DNA of 63,863 nt, filler included, from Sandaracinaceae bacterium (lineage in GTDB: Bacteria > Myxococcota_A > Polyangia > Polyangiales > JADJQN01): NCBI GenBank assembly GCA_947483975.1. It is 3 parts of 3 records of this genome, joined end to end, with 100 filler letters (N's around TTAATTAATTAA, not from the genome) between each part and the next. Parts side by side here need not be neighbours in the genome. Positions count along the whole stretch, not along the records: positions 1 to 24,481 come from CANKOL010000033.1; 2 more parts are not named here. One strand, given 5' to 3'. Of this stretch, positions 1 to 9,759 are shown piece after piece; within the stretch, counting starts at the first letter, position 1, and the number at the start of each line of letters is the position of its first letter. The position numbers and the translations under genes are program-made. The notes beneath the pieces were generated by a model. The model searched no databases, was not told where the DNA came from, and saw nothing but the letters and a program-made list of their open reading frames with translations.

Positions 1-1
1 C

Positions 2-526
2 AAGGGCATGGACGGCGCCGCGATGAGCATCTCGCTCGGGCTCTTCTTCGGTCGCATGGGCTGCTTCCTCGGCGGCTGCTGCTTCGGCCTGCCGACCGAC
101 GGGCCCTTCGGCCTGTCGTTCCCGGCGTGGTCTCCGGCGAGCGAGGCGCAGTTTCGCTTGCACGAGCTCTCGAGCGCGGGCTTGCCGTCGCTGCCGGTGC
201 ACCCGACGCAGCTCTACGAGGCGCTCGGCTGCCTGACGCTCGCCGCGGCGCTCATGCTCGTCGTGCACCCGCGCAAGCGCTTCGACGGGCAGATCTTCTG
301 CCTGTTCCTCGGAGGCTACTCGGTGATCCGCTTCCTGCTCGAGTACCTCCGCGCCGACGACCGCGGCGGGCTGCTCGGCCTCTCGACCTCGCAGCTGATC
401 AGCGTCGTCGCCATCCTCGGCGCGGGCGTCCTCTACGTGCTCTTCCAGAGGCACGCGAAGACGAAGCTCGCCGCGCCGCCATCCGCGCCTAGTTCGCCCG
501 CAGCGCCCGCTGCCGCGAGCGCCTGA
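2..526 (+). CDS. lgt: Prolipoprotein diacylglyceryl transferase, 5' partial
   Basis: GRxGCFxxGCCFG, HPTQLYE and RFxxEYLR motifs; hydrophobic; frame open to window start. Confidence 0.9.
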   Translation, partial: KGMDGAAMSISLGLFFGRMGCFLGGCCFGLPTDGPFGLSFPAWSPASEAQFRLHELSSAGLPSLPVHPTQLYEALGCLTLAAALMLVVHPRKRFDGQIFCLFLGGYSVIRFLLEYLRADDRGGLLGLSTSQLISVVAILGAGVLYVLFQRHAKTKLAAPPSAPSSPAAPAAASA

Positions 527-548
527 CCCCCCGCTCCAAGGAGACCCG

Positions 549-1406
549 ATGACCGCCCAGATCCTCGACGGCAAAGTGATCGCCGCGCGCGTGCGCGCCG
601 AAGTGAAGACCGACGCTGAAGCCTTCGCGAAGGCGCACGGTCGCAGCCCGCGGCTCGAGGTCGTGCTGGTCGGAGAAGATCCGGCGAGCCAGGTCTACGT
701 GAGAAACAAGGAGAAGGCGGCGCACGAGGCGGGCCTGCGCGGCAGCGTGATTCGCCTGCCCGCGACGACCTCGCAAGCCGAGCTGCTCGCGTGCGTGGAG
801 GCGCTCTCCGCCGACGCCGACGTCGACGGAATCCTCGTTCAGCTCCCGCTTCCCGCGGGCTTCGACGCGGCCGCCATCGTCGACGCGATCGATCCGCAGA
901 AGGACGTCGATGGCCTCCATCCCGTCAACGCGGGCCTGCTCTCGACGGGCGGCAAGGGCCTGCGCCCCTGCACGCCGAGCGGCTGTATGCGGATGCTCCG
1001 CGAGGCGAGCGTCGACCTCCGCGGCAAGCGCGCCGTCGTGCTCGGTCGCTCGAACCTCGTCGGCAAGCCCGTCGCCCTGATGCTGCTCGAGGAGCACGCG
1101 ACGGTAACCATCGCGCACTCGCGCACGGTGGACCTCGCCGCCGAGTGCGCGCGCGCCGACGTGCTGATCGCGGCGGTCGGCAAGTCCCGGCTCGTGAAGG
1201 CCGACTGGGTCAAGGAAGGCGCCGTCGTCATCGACGTCGGCATCAACCGCGGCGAGGACGGCAAGCTCTCCGGCGACGTGGACTTCGACGCTGTGAAGGA
1301 GAAGGCGTCGTGGCTCACGCCGGTGCCTGGCGGCGTCGGCGCGATGACCATCGCGATGCTGCTGCGCAACACCGTGGACGCTGCGGTGCAGCGCGCGCGG
1401 GGCTGA
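549..1406 (+). CDS. folD: Methylenetetrahydrofolate dehydrogenase/cyclohydrolase
   Basis: [52 protein letters not shown]. Confidence 0.97.
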   Translation: MTAQILDGKVIAARVRAEVKTDAEAFAKAHGRSPRLEVVLVGEDPASQVYVRNKEKAAHEAGLRGSVIRLPATTSQAELLACVEALSADADVDGILVQLPLPAGFDAAAIVDAIDPQKDVDGLHPVNAGLLSTGGKGLRPCTPSGCMRMLREASVDLRGKRAVVLGRSNLVGKPVALMLLEEHATVTIAHSRTVDLAAECARADVLIAAVGKSRLVKADWVKEGAVVIDVGINRGEDGKLSGDVDFDAVKEKASWLTPVPGGVGAMTIAMLLRNTVDAAVQRARG

Positions 1407-1478
1407 GCGGCCGCCCAGCGAAGCGGTACGAGCGCCCGTGTCGCCAGGCAACTAGCCGCCGCACGAGCGCCCCGCCGC

Positions 1479-2342
1479 TCAGCCCATGAAGCGCTCGATC
1501 AGCCGATCGAGCTCGTCGAGCGAAGAGTAGGGCACCGTGATCTTGCCCTTGCCGTCGCCCGTGTCGTCGACGCGAATGCGCGTGCCGAGGGCGCGTGAGA
1601 GGCGCTCCTCGAGGTCGCGGATGTTCGCGCTCTTCTTCACCGCGGCGCCGTCGTTGGTCTTGCCCTGCGCGGCGTCGCGCGCGCGGCGCTCGGTCTCGCG
1701 CACGCTCCACTGCTTCGAGACGGCGGCAGCGGCGAGCTTCTCCATCGTCTTCGTGTCGCCTGCGCCGAGCAGCGCGCGACCGTGACCCTCGGTGAGCACG
1801 CCGGCGGTGATGCGCGCGAGGACGCTGTCGGGCAGCTTGAGCAGGCGCAGCAGGTTGGCGACCGTGCTGCGGTCCTTGCCGACTCGCTGCGCGACGGTCT
1901 CCTGCGTGTGACCGTCCTCGTCGATCATGTGCTGGAAGCCGCGCGCGACCTCGAGCGGGTTGAGGTTCTCGCGCGAGAGGTTCTCGATGAGCGCTGCCTC
2001 GAACGCCTGCGCGTCGGTGAGCTCGCGGACGAAGACCGGCACCTCGCGGAGCCCGGCGCGCTGCGCGGCGCGCCAACGACGCTCGCCCGCGATGATCTCG
2101 TAGCCGCCCTGCGCGCGCTTGCGGACGAGGATCGCCTGCACGATGCCGAGCGTGCGAATCGTCTGTGCGAGCTCTTCGAGCGCCTCTTCGTTGAAGTGCG
2201 TTCGCGGCTGCCCACGGTTCGGATGGACGTCCTCGATGGGCGCGTTGAAGCCCTGCGCGGACAGCGCGAGCTGCGGCTTCGATGCGGGAATCAGGGCGTC
2301 GAGCCCGCCTCCGAGGCGGGGCTTCTTCGTCGGTACGGTCAT
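1479..2342 (-). CDS. parB: Chromosome partitioning protein ParB/Spo0J
   Basis: [11 protein letters not shown]-terminal peptide, [10 protein letters not shown], ENLxRENL, HTH ([14 protein letters not shown]); ATG 2342 chosen. Confidence 0.95.
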   Translation of the reverse strand: MTVPTKKPRLGGGLDALIPASKPQLALSAQGFNAPIEDVHPNRGQPRTHFNEEALEELAQTIRTLGIVQAILVRKRAQGGYEIIAGERRWRAAQRAGLREVPVFVRELTDAQAFEAALIENLSRENLNPLEVARGFQHMIDEDGHTQETVAQRVGKDRSTVANLLRLLKLPDSVLARITAGVLTEGHGRALLGAGDTKTMEKLAAAAVSKQWSVRETERRARDAAQGKTNDGAAVKKSANIRDLEERLSRALGTRIRVDDTGDGKGKITVPYSSLDELDRLIERFMG

Positions 2343-2367
2343 GCTGCCTCTGCTACGGCGCGCAGCG

Positions 2368-3132
2368 TCACGCGCCCTCTGAGCCTTCGAGGATCTCTCG
2401 CGCGAGGCTGAGATAGCTGTTCGCGCCCTTGCTCGCCGCATCGTAGAGCACGACGGGCTTGCCGTGGGACGGCGCCTCCGCGAGCCGGATATTGCGCGGG
2501 ATGACGGTGTCGTACACGTGGAAGTGCTTGCGCACCTCGTCGGCGACCTCGTTCGCGAGGTTGTTGCGCGGGTCGAACATCGTCAGCAACACGCCGCGGA
2601 TCGCGAGCGTCGGATTGAGCGCACCGCGCACGCGCTCGATGGTGTCCATCAGCTGCGCGAGCCCTTGGAGGGCGAGGTACTCGCACTGCATCGGCACGAT
2701 GACGGAGTCCGCCGCGACGAGCGCGTTCAACGTCAGCAGGTTGAGCGAAGGAGGGCAGTCGATGACGATGTAGTCGTACGAGTCGCGCGTGCCCTCGAGC
2801 GCCTCGCGCAGCCGCACGGCGCGGTCGTCCTCGCTGACGAGCTCGAGCTCCGCGCCCGCGAGGTCGGTCGTCGCCGTCATCACGTGGAGCTGCGGCAGCT
2901 CCGTCGTCAGCACTGCGTCGCGCATCATCGCCTCGCGCAGCAGCACCTGATAGGTGCCGCACGGCGACGCGCGCCCGGGGCGGCCGACGCTCGTCGAGGC
3001 GTTCCCCTGCGGGTCCATGTCGACGAGCAGCACGCGCTGTTCCGCGACGGCGAGGCTCGCGCTCAGGTTCACCGCCGACGTCGTCTTGCCGACGCCGCCC
3101 TTCTGATTGGCGATCGCGATCACGGTGCTCAT
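2368..3132 (-). CDS. parA: Chromosome partitioning ATPase ParA/Soj
   Basis: Deviant Walker A NQKGGVGKTT, DMDPQGN, IDCPP, IPRNIRLAEAPSHGKP. Confidence 0.96.
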   Translation of the reverse strand: MSTVIAIANQKGGVGKTTSAVNLSASLAVAEQRVLLVDMDPQGNASTSVGRPGRASPCGTYQVLLREAMMRDAVLTTELPQLHVMTATTDLAGAELELVSEDDRAVRLREALEGTRDSYDYIVIDCPPSLNLLTLNALVAADSVIVPMQCEYLALQGLAQLMDTIERVRGALNPTLAIRGVLLTMFDPRNNLANEVADEVRKHFHVYDTVIPRNIRLAEAPSHGKPVVLYDAASKGANSYLSLAREILEGSEGA

Positions 3133-3317
3133 GGCGGTCGCCTTCCTAGCACGGACTGAGCCCCAACGAGCGCGCCCACGGTCCCCGACAGCGCCCGACA
3201 GAATTCGACGCCGCTAATTTGGGAGACGTAAGCCGAGGTCGTATGGTGTCTGCAGATGTAGGACAACGTAGTCGCTGGTGAGTGGCGGCACGATATGTAC
3301 CTCGGAGGAACTCTCTC

Positions 3318-3488
3318 ATGCGCAACGGCCCCAACCACTACAAGTCGATCGAAGAGTTCGAGCGCGAAGAAATCCGCCCCGGCGAGAAGCTCGGCTGGTC
3401 GCTCGAGGACTTGATGGAAGAAGCCAAGTTCCACGCTGAGCACGACTACTCCTTCGAGAAGGAGCCGGAAGAGCTCGACTTCGGCTGA
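3318..3488 (+). CDS. Small acidic hypothetical protein (56 aa), divergent from parA
   Basis: GGAGG RBS before ATG 3318; coding-like codon usage; MRNGPNHYKSIEEFEREEIRP...ELDFG. Confidence 0.75.
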   Translation: MRNGPNHYKSIEEFEREEIRPGEKLGWSLEDLMEEAKFHAEHDYSFEKEPEELDFG

Positions 3489-3608
3489 GCCGCCGCTCCC
3501 GTTTCGTTCTTTGTGCGCCCGCGCCGTCCTCCCGGACGGGCGTGCACTCCGCGAACCGCCTCGCCCGGCGGCCGCGGAGCGTGGGCCTGACACGTCAAAG
3601 CAGGCTGA

Positions 3609-3650
3609 GAGCCCACCGGGGTCGCCCCCTCGGTGGGCTCGTTCTTTTTT
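3609..3650 (+). terminator. Rho-independent terminator
   Basis: GAGCCCACCG/CGGTGGGCTC stem followed by GTTCTTTTTT. Confidence 0.8.
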
Positions 3651-3714
3651 CAGCGTGCGCGAACGCCGCCCCAGCGCTTTACCGCGGCGACCTTCGCCCC
3701 CATAGTCGCGCGCC

Positions 3715-4734
3715 ATGAAGTTCGAGAACGTCAGTATCCAGGGCCTCGGCGTCGTCGACGCGCCCGATGTCGTCACGTCGGCCGACATCGAAGAAGAGCT
3801 GCGTCCGGTCGCGGAGCGCCTCGGGGTGAACCCGAATATGCTGACCCAGGCGACGGGCATCCAAGAGCGTCGCTTCTGGCCGCTCGGCACGGCACCCTCG
3901 ACCGCGGCGTCGATGGCCGCCGAGCTCGCGCTCGCCGACTCCGGTGTCGACCGCGGCTCCATCGGCGTGCTGATCAACACGTCGGTCTGCATGGACTTTC
4001 TCGAGCCGTCCACTGCGGCGATCGTGCACGGCAACCTCAAGCTGCCGTCGTCGTGCTTGAACTTCGACCTGCGCAACGCCTGCCTCGGCTTCGTCAACGC
4101 GATGCAGGTCGCCGGCAACATGATCGAGATGGGGCAGATCGACTACGCGCTGATCGTGGACGGCGAGCAGAGCCGCACGCCGATCGAGGCGACGCTGCGC
4201 CGCTTGAAGAACCCTGAGCTCACCCGCGAGAAGTACCGCGAGCAATACGCGACGCTGACGCTCGGCTCGGGCGGCGTCGCGATGGTGCTCGGGCGCGCGA
4301 GCAAGGCGAAGCGGCAGTCGCACAAGGTCGTCGGCGGCGTATCGGTCGCGGCGTCCGAGCACAATCAGCTCTGCGTCGGGAGCCACGACGAGATGCGCAC
4401 CGACGGCGGCGCGCTCCTGATGGCCGGGCTCGGGCTCGCGTGGACCGCGTGGAGCCAGGCGCAGCAGCAGCTCGGCTGGTCGAGCGCGAACATCGACGAG
4501 TACGTGGTGCATCAGGTGAGCGCCGTGCACACCGCGCAGCTCGCCGAGTCCTTCGGCGCGGACCTCGGGCGCTTTCACAAGATCTACCCGACCTACGGCA
4601 ACATCGGCCCCGCGGGCGTGCCGACCGTATTGAAGAAGAGCCTCGACGCCGGGCGCATCAAGGACGGACAGCGCCTCGCGCTGATGGGCATCGGCAGCGG
4701 GCTCAACTGCTCGATGATGGAAGTCGTGTGGTGA
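3715..4734 (+). CDS. oleA: OleA, acyl-CoA:acyl-CoA alkyltransferase (thiolase/FabH-like)
   Basis: GIQERRFW, LEPSTA (catalytic Glu), NACLGF (Cys), HQV, GNIGP, MGIGSGLN; first gene of ole-type operon. Confidence 0.88.
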   Translation: MKFENVSIQGLGVVDAPDVVTSADIEEELRPVAERLGVNPNMLTQATGIQERRFWPLGTAPSTAASMAAELALADSGVDRGSIGVLINTSVCMDFLEPSTAAIVHGNLKLPSSCLNFDLRNACLGFVNAMQVAGNMIEMGQIDYALIVDGEQSRTPIEATLRRLKNPELTREKYREQYATLTLGSGGVAMVLGRASKAKRQSHKVVGGVSVAASEHNQLCVGSHDEMRTDGGALLMAGLGLAWTAWSQAQQQLGWSSANIDEYVVHQVSAVHTAQLAESFGADLGRFHKIYPTYGNIGPAGVPTVLKKSLDAGRIKDGQRLALMGIGSGLNCSMMEVVW

Positions 4735-5672
4735 GCGCGGCCGAAGCAGCACCCTTCACGCGCGCTCGTCCTCCCTCCGCAGCGAACGTCGCGGAGTCGC
4801 TCTATCCGTTCGCGTCGCACTGGCACGACCGCGGCGATGGGCTCGCGATGCACTACCTCGACGAGGGCCCGCGCGACGCCGACCCCATCGTGATGGTGCA
4901 CGGCAACCCGAGCTGGTCCTTCTATTTCCGGGAGCTGGTGCTCGCGCTGCGCGGCAAGCATCGGGTGCTCGTCCCCGATCACGTCGGCTGCGGCTTCTCC
5001 GACAAGCCTGACGACAGCCGCTACGCGTACACGCTGAAGTCGCGCATCGACGACCTCGAGGGCTGGCTCGACGCCGTCGGCGCGACGAAGAACGTGACCC
5101 TCGTCGTGCACGACTGGGGCGGGATGATCGGGCTCGGCGCCGCGGTGCGGAAGCCCGAGCGGATCAAGCGCCTAGTGCTGCTCAACACGGGGGCGTTTCA
5201 TCTGCCCAAGAGCAAGGCGCTGCCGGGCACGCTCAAGCTCGCGCGCGACACGGCGCTCGGCGCGTTTCTCGTGCAGCGCTTCAACGCGTTCAGCCGCGGC
5301 GCGGCCAAGCTCGGCGTCAAGCACCGGCTGAGCGCCGACGTCGCGCGGGGGCTGACGGCGCCCTACGACACGGTCGCCAACCGCCTCGCGACCCTGCGCT
5401 TCGTGCAGGACATCCCGCTCGTGCCGAGCGACCGCGCGTATCCCGTCGTCAGCGAGACGGCGGCGAAGCTCGGCGTGTTCGCCAAGACTCCCGTGCTGAT
5501 CTGCTGGGGCGCGCAGGACTTCGTCTTCGACGATCACTTCCTCGAGGAGTGGAAGCGCCTCTATCCGCACGCGGAGCTCGAGTACTACCCGGACGCGGGT
5601 CACTACGTGCTCGAGGACGCCGCCGAGCGCATCGTGCCGCGCGTCGAGCGCTTCCTCGCGGCGCATCCGTGA
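4731..5672 (+). CDS. oleB: OleB, beta-lactone decarboxylase (haloalkane dehalogenase-like hydrolase)
   Basis: HGNPSWSF, HDWGG, GHYVLED; GTGA overlap with oleA stop. Confidence 0.87.
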   Translation: MSAAEAAPFTRARPPSAANVAESLYPFASHWHDRGDGLAMHYLDEGPRDADPIVMVHGNPSWSFYFRELVLALRGKHRVLVPDHVGCGFSDKPDDSRYAYTLKSRIDDLEGWLDAVGATKNVTLVVHDWGGMIGLGAAVRKPERIKRLVLLNTGAFHLPKSKALPGTLKLARDTALGAFLVQRFNAFSRGAAKLGVKHRLSADVARGLTAPYDTVANRLATLRFVQDIPLVPSDRAYPVVSETAAKLGVFAKTPVLICWGAQDFVFDDHFLEEWKRLYPHAELEYYPDAGHYVLEDAAERIVPRVERFLAAHP

Positions 5673-7357
5673 GCCCGACTTCGAGCGACGCGCCCATGGA
5701 CGGCGGGGGCACGAACATCGCTAGCGCGCTGTTCCGCATGGCGGAGCAACGCCCCGACGCGACGGCCATCTACTATCCGCGCGGTCCGCGCTCGGCGGGG
5801 CGCGACCGCTACGAGTCGCTCACCTATCGCGCGCTCGCCGCGGACGCGCAGCGGATCGGCGCGGGCTTGGCGTCGATCGGCATCGGGCGCGGGACGCGCT
5901 GCGCCCTGATGGTGAAGCCGAGCCCCGACTTCTTCGCGCTCTCGTTCGGGCTCTTTCACGCGGGCGTCGTGCCCGTGATGGTGGACCCGGGGATCGGCAT
6001 CAAGAGCGTCGGCGCGTGCCTCGCGGAGGCGAAGCCCGAGGCGTTCATCGGCATTCCGCAGGCGCACCTCGCGCGCCTCTTGTTCGGCTGGGCGCGCGAG
6101 ACGGTGAAGACGACCGTGACCGTCGGCGCGCGCCTCGGCTGGGGCGGGCACTCGCTCGAGCAGGTGCGCCGCGCGGGCGACGCGGCGGCGGGCTGGCACG
6201 CGCCCGACGTGGAGGAAGACGACGTCGCCGCCATCCTGTTCACGAGCGGCAGCACGGGCATCCCGAAGGGGGCCGTGTACACGCACGGCAACTTCGCGGC
6301 GCAGGTGCGGCTGCTGAAAGAGGCGCTGCGCATCGAGCCTGGCGAGCTCGATCTGCCGACGTTTCCCCTGTTTGCGCTGTTCGATCCCGCGCTCGGTATG
6401 ACCACGGTCCTACCGAAGATGGACTTCGCCAAGCCGGCGCAGGTCGATCCGCGCGAGGTCCTCGAGCCGGTGCGGCTCTTCGGCGTGCGGACGATGTTCG
6501 GCTCGCCCGCGCTGCTCGATCGGGTGGGGCGCTACGCGGAGCCGCTCGGCGAGAAGATGCCGTCGCTGCGGCGCGTGATCTCGGCGGGCGCGCCGGTGCC
6601 GACGCCCGTGATCGAGCGCTTCGCGAAGCTGCTCGATCCCGAGGCGCGCATCGTGACGCCCTATGGCGCGACGGAGTCGCTGCCCGTCGCGATCATCGCG
6701 CACGACGAGATCTTGCGCGACACGGCGGCGCGCACCGCGGCAGGCGCGGGCGTGTGCGTCGGGCGTCCCGTCGAGGGTGTGCGCGTCGAGATCATCACGA
6801 TCAGCGACGAGCCCATCGCGGACTGGAGCGACGCGCTGCGCGTCGAGGGCGAGGCGATCGGTGAGTTCGTCGTCGGCGGTCCGAACGTCACGCGCTCGTA
6901 CTTCGGGCGTGAGGCGGCGACGAGGCTCGCGAAGATCCGCGGCGCGCATGGCGAGACGCTGCACCGCATGGGCGACCTCGGCTGGCGCGACGCGGAGGGG
7001 CGCCTCTGGTTCTGCGGGCGCAAGAGCCATCGCGTCATCACGCAGCGCGGAACCCTCTTCACCGATCCGTGCGAGGCGCCCTTCAACACGCACGCGGACG
7101 TGCGCCGCTCTGCGCTCGTCGGCGTGACGCGCGACGGGGAGACGCGCCCGGTGATCTGCATCGAGCTCGAGCCACACGCGAAGCAGCGTGACGTGAGCAC
7201 GCTGCGCGCCGAGCTTCGCGCCATCGCCGTCGCGCACGCGCACACGCGCGGCCTCGAGACGTTCCTCGTGCATCCGTCGTTTCCGGTGGATATTCGGCAC
7301 AATTCGAAGATCTTTCGCGAGAAGCTCGCGGTCTGGGCGCAGGCGCAGCGCCTATGA
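5669..7357 (+). CDS. oleC: OleC, olefin beta-lactone synthetase (AMP-forming ligase)
   Basis: FTSGSTGIPKG, PYGATE, HRMGDLG, FPVDIRHNSKI; GTGA overlap with oleB (alternative ATG 5696). Confidence 0.88.
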   Translation: MSPTSSDAPMDGGGTNIASALFRMAEQRPDATAIYYPRGPRSAGRDRYESLTYRALAADAQRIGAGLASIGIGRGTRCALMVKPSPDFFALSFGLFHAGVVPVMVDPGIGIKSVGACLAEAKPEAFIGIPQAHLARLLFGWARETVKTTVTVGARLGWGGHSLEQVRRAGDAAAGWHAPDVEEDDVAAILFTSGSTGIPKGAVYTHGNFAAQVRLLKEALRIEPGELDLPTFPLFALFDPALGMTTVLPKMDFAKPAQVDPREVLEPVRLFGVRTMFGSPALLDRVGRYAEPLGEKMPSLRRVISAGAPVPTPVIERFAKLLDPEARIVTPYGATESLPVAIIAHDEILRDTAARTAAGAGVCVGRPVEGVRVEIITISDEPIADWSDALRVEGEAIGEFVVGGPNVTRSYFGREAATRLAKIRGAHGETLHRMGDLGWRDAEGRLWFCGRKSHRVITQRGTLFTDPCEAPFNTHADVRRSALVGVTRDGETRPVICIELEPHAKQRDVSTLRAELRAIAVAHAHTRGLETFLVHPSFPVDIRHNSKIFREKLAVWAQAQRL

Positions 7358-7432
7358 GCGCATGGAGCGGAGCAGCGCGCATGAGCGCGTTGAGCGGAGC
7401 AAGGGCATGAGCGCATCGAGCGGAGCAGGGGC
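7354..7432 (+). repeat. Three imperfect 26-27 bp tandem repeats between oleC and oleD
   Basis: Units start at 7354, 7381, 7407; consensus ATGAGCGCnnnGAGCGGAGCAnnnGC. Confidence 0.9.
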
Positions 7433-8455
7433 ATGAGGGCGCTCGTCACGGGAGGCGGCGGCTTCATCGGCAAGGCGATCGTCACGGCCCTTCGCGCGCG
7501 CGGCGATGAGGTGCGCACGCTCGCGCGCGGCGCGTATCCGGCGCTCGAGGCGCTCGGCTGCACGGTGTTTCGGGGGGATCTCGGCGACGCGCAGGCGGTG
7601 CTGCGCGCGGCGGAGGGCTGCGACGTCGTGTTTCACGTCGCGGCCAAAGCAGGCGTGTGGGGCGCGCGGGCGGACTACGAGCGCACGAACGTGCTCGGCA
7701 CCGACCACGTCCTCGCGGCGTGCGTCGCGGCGAGCGTGCCGAAGCTGATCTTCACGAGCTCGCCGTCGGTGGCGCACGCGGGGGGCAACCTCGAGGGTGT
7801 CGACGCGAGCCATCCGTATCCGCCCGAGGACGCGTATTCGACCGATTATCCGCGCACCAAGGCCATCGCGGAGAAGCGCGTGCGCGCCGCGAACGGCCGC
7901 GCGCTCGCGAACGGCGGCAGGCTCGCGACGGTGTCGCTGCGGCCGCATCTGGTGTGGGGCCCCGGCGACAATCACCTCGTGCCGCGCATCGTGGCGCGCG
8001 CCAAGGCGGGCAAGCTGCGCATCGTCGGGGACGGGCTCGCGAAGGTCGACAGCACGTACATCGACAACGCGGTCGAGGCGCACCTCGCGGCGGCGGACGC
8101 GCTCACCGTGGACGGACCGCTCGGCGGCAACGCGTACTTCGTGTCGAACGGTGAGCCGCTGCCGATTGGCACGCTGATCAACCGCATCGTGATCGCCGGC
8201 GGCGGGCTCGCGGTGACGCGCCATATCCCGTATCGCGTGGCGTACGTCGTCGGCGCGATCAGCGAGTACGTCTATCGCACGCTCGAGCGCGAGGACGAGC
8301 CGCTGATGACGCGCTTCGTCGCCGAGCAGCTAGCGACCGCGCACTGGTTCGACATCACGCCTTGCGCGCGGGACTTCGGCTGGACGCCGCGCGTGTCGAT
8401 CGACGACGGAATGAAGCGACTCGCGGAGTCGCTGCGCGCTTCCGGCGCGGCGTGA
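7433..8455 (+). CDS. oleD: OleD, 2-alkyl-3-oxoalkanoate reductase (extended SDR)
   Basis: VTGGGGFIG, HVAAKAGVWG, TSSPSV, YPRTK (YxxxK), LRPHLVWGPGD. Confidence 0.88.
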   Translation: MRALVTGGGGFIGKAIVTALRARGDEVRTLARGAYPALEALGCTVFRGDLGDAQAVLRAAEGCDVVFHVAAKAGVWGARADYERTNVLGTDHVLAACVAASVPKLIFTSSPSVAHAGGNLEGVDASHPYPPEDAYSTDYPRTKAIAEKRVRAANGRALANGGRLATVSLRPHLVWGPGDNHLVPRIVARAKAGKLRIVGDGLAKVDSTYIDNAVEAHLAAADALTVDGPLGGNAYFVSNGEPLPIGTLINRIVIAGGGLAVTRHIPYRVAYVVGAISEYVYRTLEREDEPLMTRFVAEQLATAHWFDITPCARDFGWTPRVSIDDGMKRLAESLRASGAA

Positions 8456-8465
8456 CGCCTCGCGC

Positions 8466-9704
8466 TCAGTGGAGCGCCGACGTCTCCTCGAGCTCGCGCC
8501 CGCGCGTCTCGGGGAAGCGCGCGAGGAGCAGCGCGATGGCGAGCAGCAGAAAGCCCGAGGTCGACGCGACGGCGAGGCTCCAGCTGGTGCGCTGCGCGAC
8601 CATGCCGACGAGCAGCGGCGAGAGCACATAGCCAAACCGACCGAGCAGGTTGTTGGACCACACATACGCGTCGCTGCGCAGCTCCGTCGGGAAGAGCTCG
8701 GTCGTGTACGAGTTGAGCACCGGCAAGACCGCGGTGACGCCGAAGAGCGCGAAGATGAGCGCGACCGTCAGCGGCCACTGCCCATGCAGCGTGTACGAGA
8801 GCGCGATGCCCGCCGCGCCGAGCACGAAGATCAGCAGCGCGCCGAGACGCCGTCCGAGGCGGTCGAGCAGCTTGCCGACCGAGAAGATCAGGGGAAGTGA
8901 GCCGATGGCGGCGACGGTCAGGCACGTGCCGACCTGCGCGTCGCTCATCGCGCGCTCGGCGAGCGCGAACTCCTTCCAGAACGTGATCGCGCTCTGCGTG
9001 CCCGCGTAGGTCAGCAGCCAGAGCGCGGCGAGCAGGAGCATCCTGCCCCGATACGGAGTGCGCCAGATGCGCGTCAGCGACGCAGGTAGAGCGGCGCCGC
9101 CGGCTGCCGTGCGCGCGATGGTCAGCGCCTCGAAGCGCGCCGTCTCCCGCAGTCCGCGCCGCGCCACCGCGACGAGCAGCATCGGCACCGCGCCGACGAA
9201 GAAGACCGCGCGCCAGCCGAGCGGAGTGCGCAAGAGGAGCGGCACCAGCCCCGCGCAGAGGATCGCGCCGAGGCTCGAGAACGCCTGGATCGTGCCCATC
9301 ACGGTCGCGCGTCGATCGGCCGGGAATTCCTCGGCGGCGTAGATCATCGCGATGGCCCACTCGCCGAGCAGGAAGAAGCGCGCGCAGAGCTGCGCGAGCG
9401 CGAAGAGCCACACATTCGGCGCGAGCCCGCTGAGGACGGAGCTCACCGTGTAGCCGAGGATCGTCAGCGTCAGCGCGCGACGCCGCCCGACGCGCCCCGC
9501 GAACTGCACGAGCGCGTACGACAGCACCGCGCCGCAGTTCGCGAAGGCGACGAGCATGCCGCCCTGTTGCTCGTCGAGGTGCAGGTCCGCGCGCAGCTGC
9601 GGCAGAATCTGCGCGAGCGCGAAGAAGTCGAAGCCCTCGAAGAACGTCGCGGCCGCGAGCAGCACGATCAGGCGGCGTTGGTAGGCGGTCAGCGGAGCGC
9701 GCAC
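8466..9704 (-). CDS. MFS transporter
   Basis: About 12 TM helices, GRVGRR and DRLGRR motifs, ELFPT, PETRG. Confidence 0.9.
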   Translation of the reverse strand: MRAPLTAYQRRLIVLLAAATFFEGFDFFALAQILPQLRADLHLDEQQGGMLVAFANCGAVLSYALVQFAGRVGRRRALTLTILGYTVSSVLSGLAPNVWLFALAQLCARFFLLGEWAIAMIYAAEEFPADRRATVMGTIQAFSSLGAILCAGLVPLLLRTPLGWRAVFFVGAVPMLLVAVARRGLRETARFEALTIARTAAGGAALPASLTRIWRTPYRGRMLLLAALWLLTYAGTQSAITFWKEFALAERAMSDAQVGTCLTVAAIGSLPLIFSVGKLLDRLGRRLGALLIFVLGAAGIALSYTLHGQWPLTVALIFALFGVTAVLPVLNSYTTELFPTELRSDAYVWSNNLLGRFGYVLSPLLVGMVAQRTSWSLAVASTSGFLLLAIALLLARFPETRGRELEETSALH

Positions 9705-9759
9705 CGGCCGACGTTACAGCAAGCGCGTCCTACGGCCGAGCGCGTCTGCTCCCTGAAAC

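Noticed and set aside
3133..3317. oriC or parS next to parAB
   Set aside because: No TTATCCACA boxes, AT-rich unwinding element or TGTTTCACGTGAAACA palindrome seen
7354..7432. Possible CRISPR array
   Set aside because: Repeats are adjacent with no spacers, degenerate, and no cas genes are present
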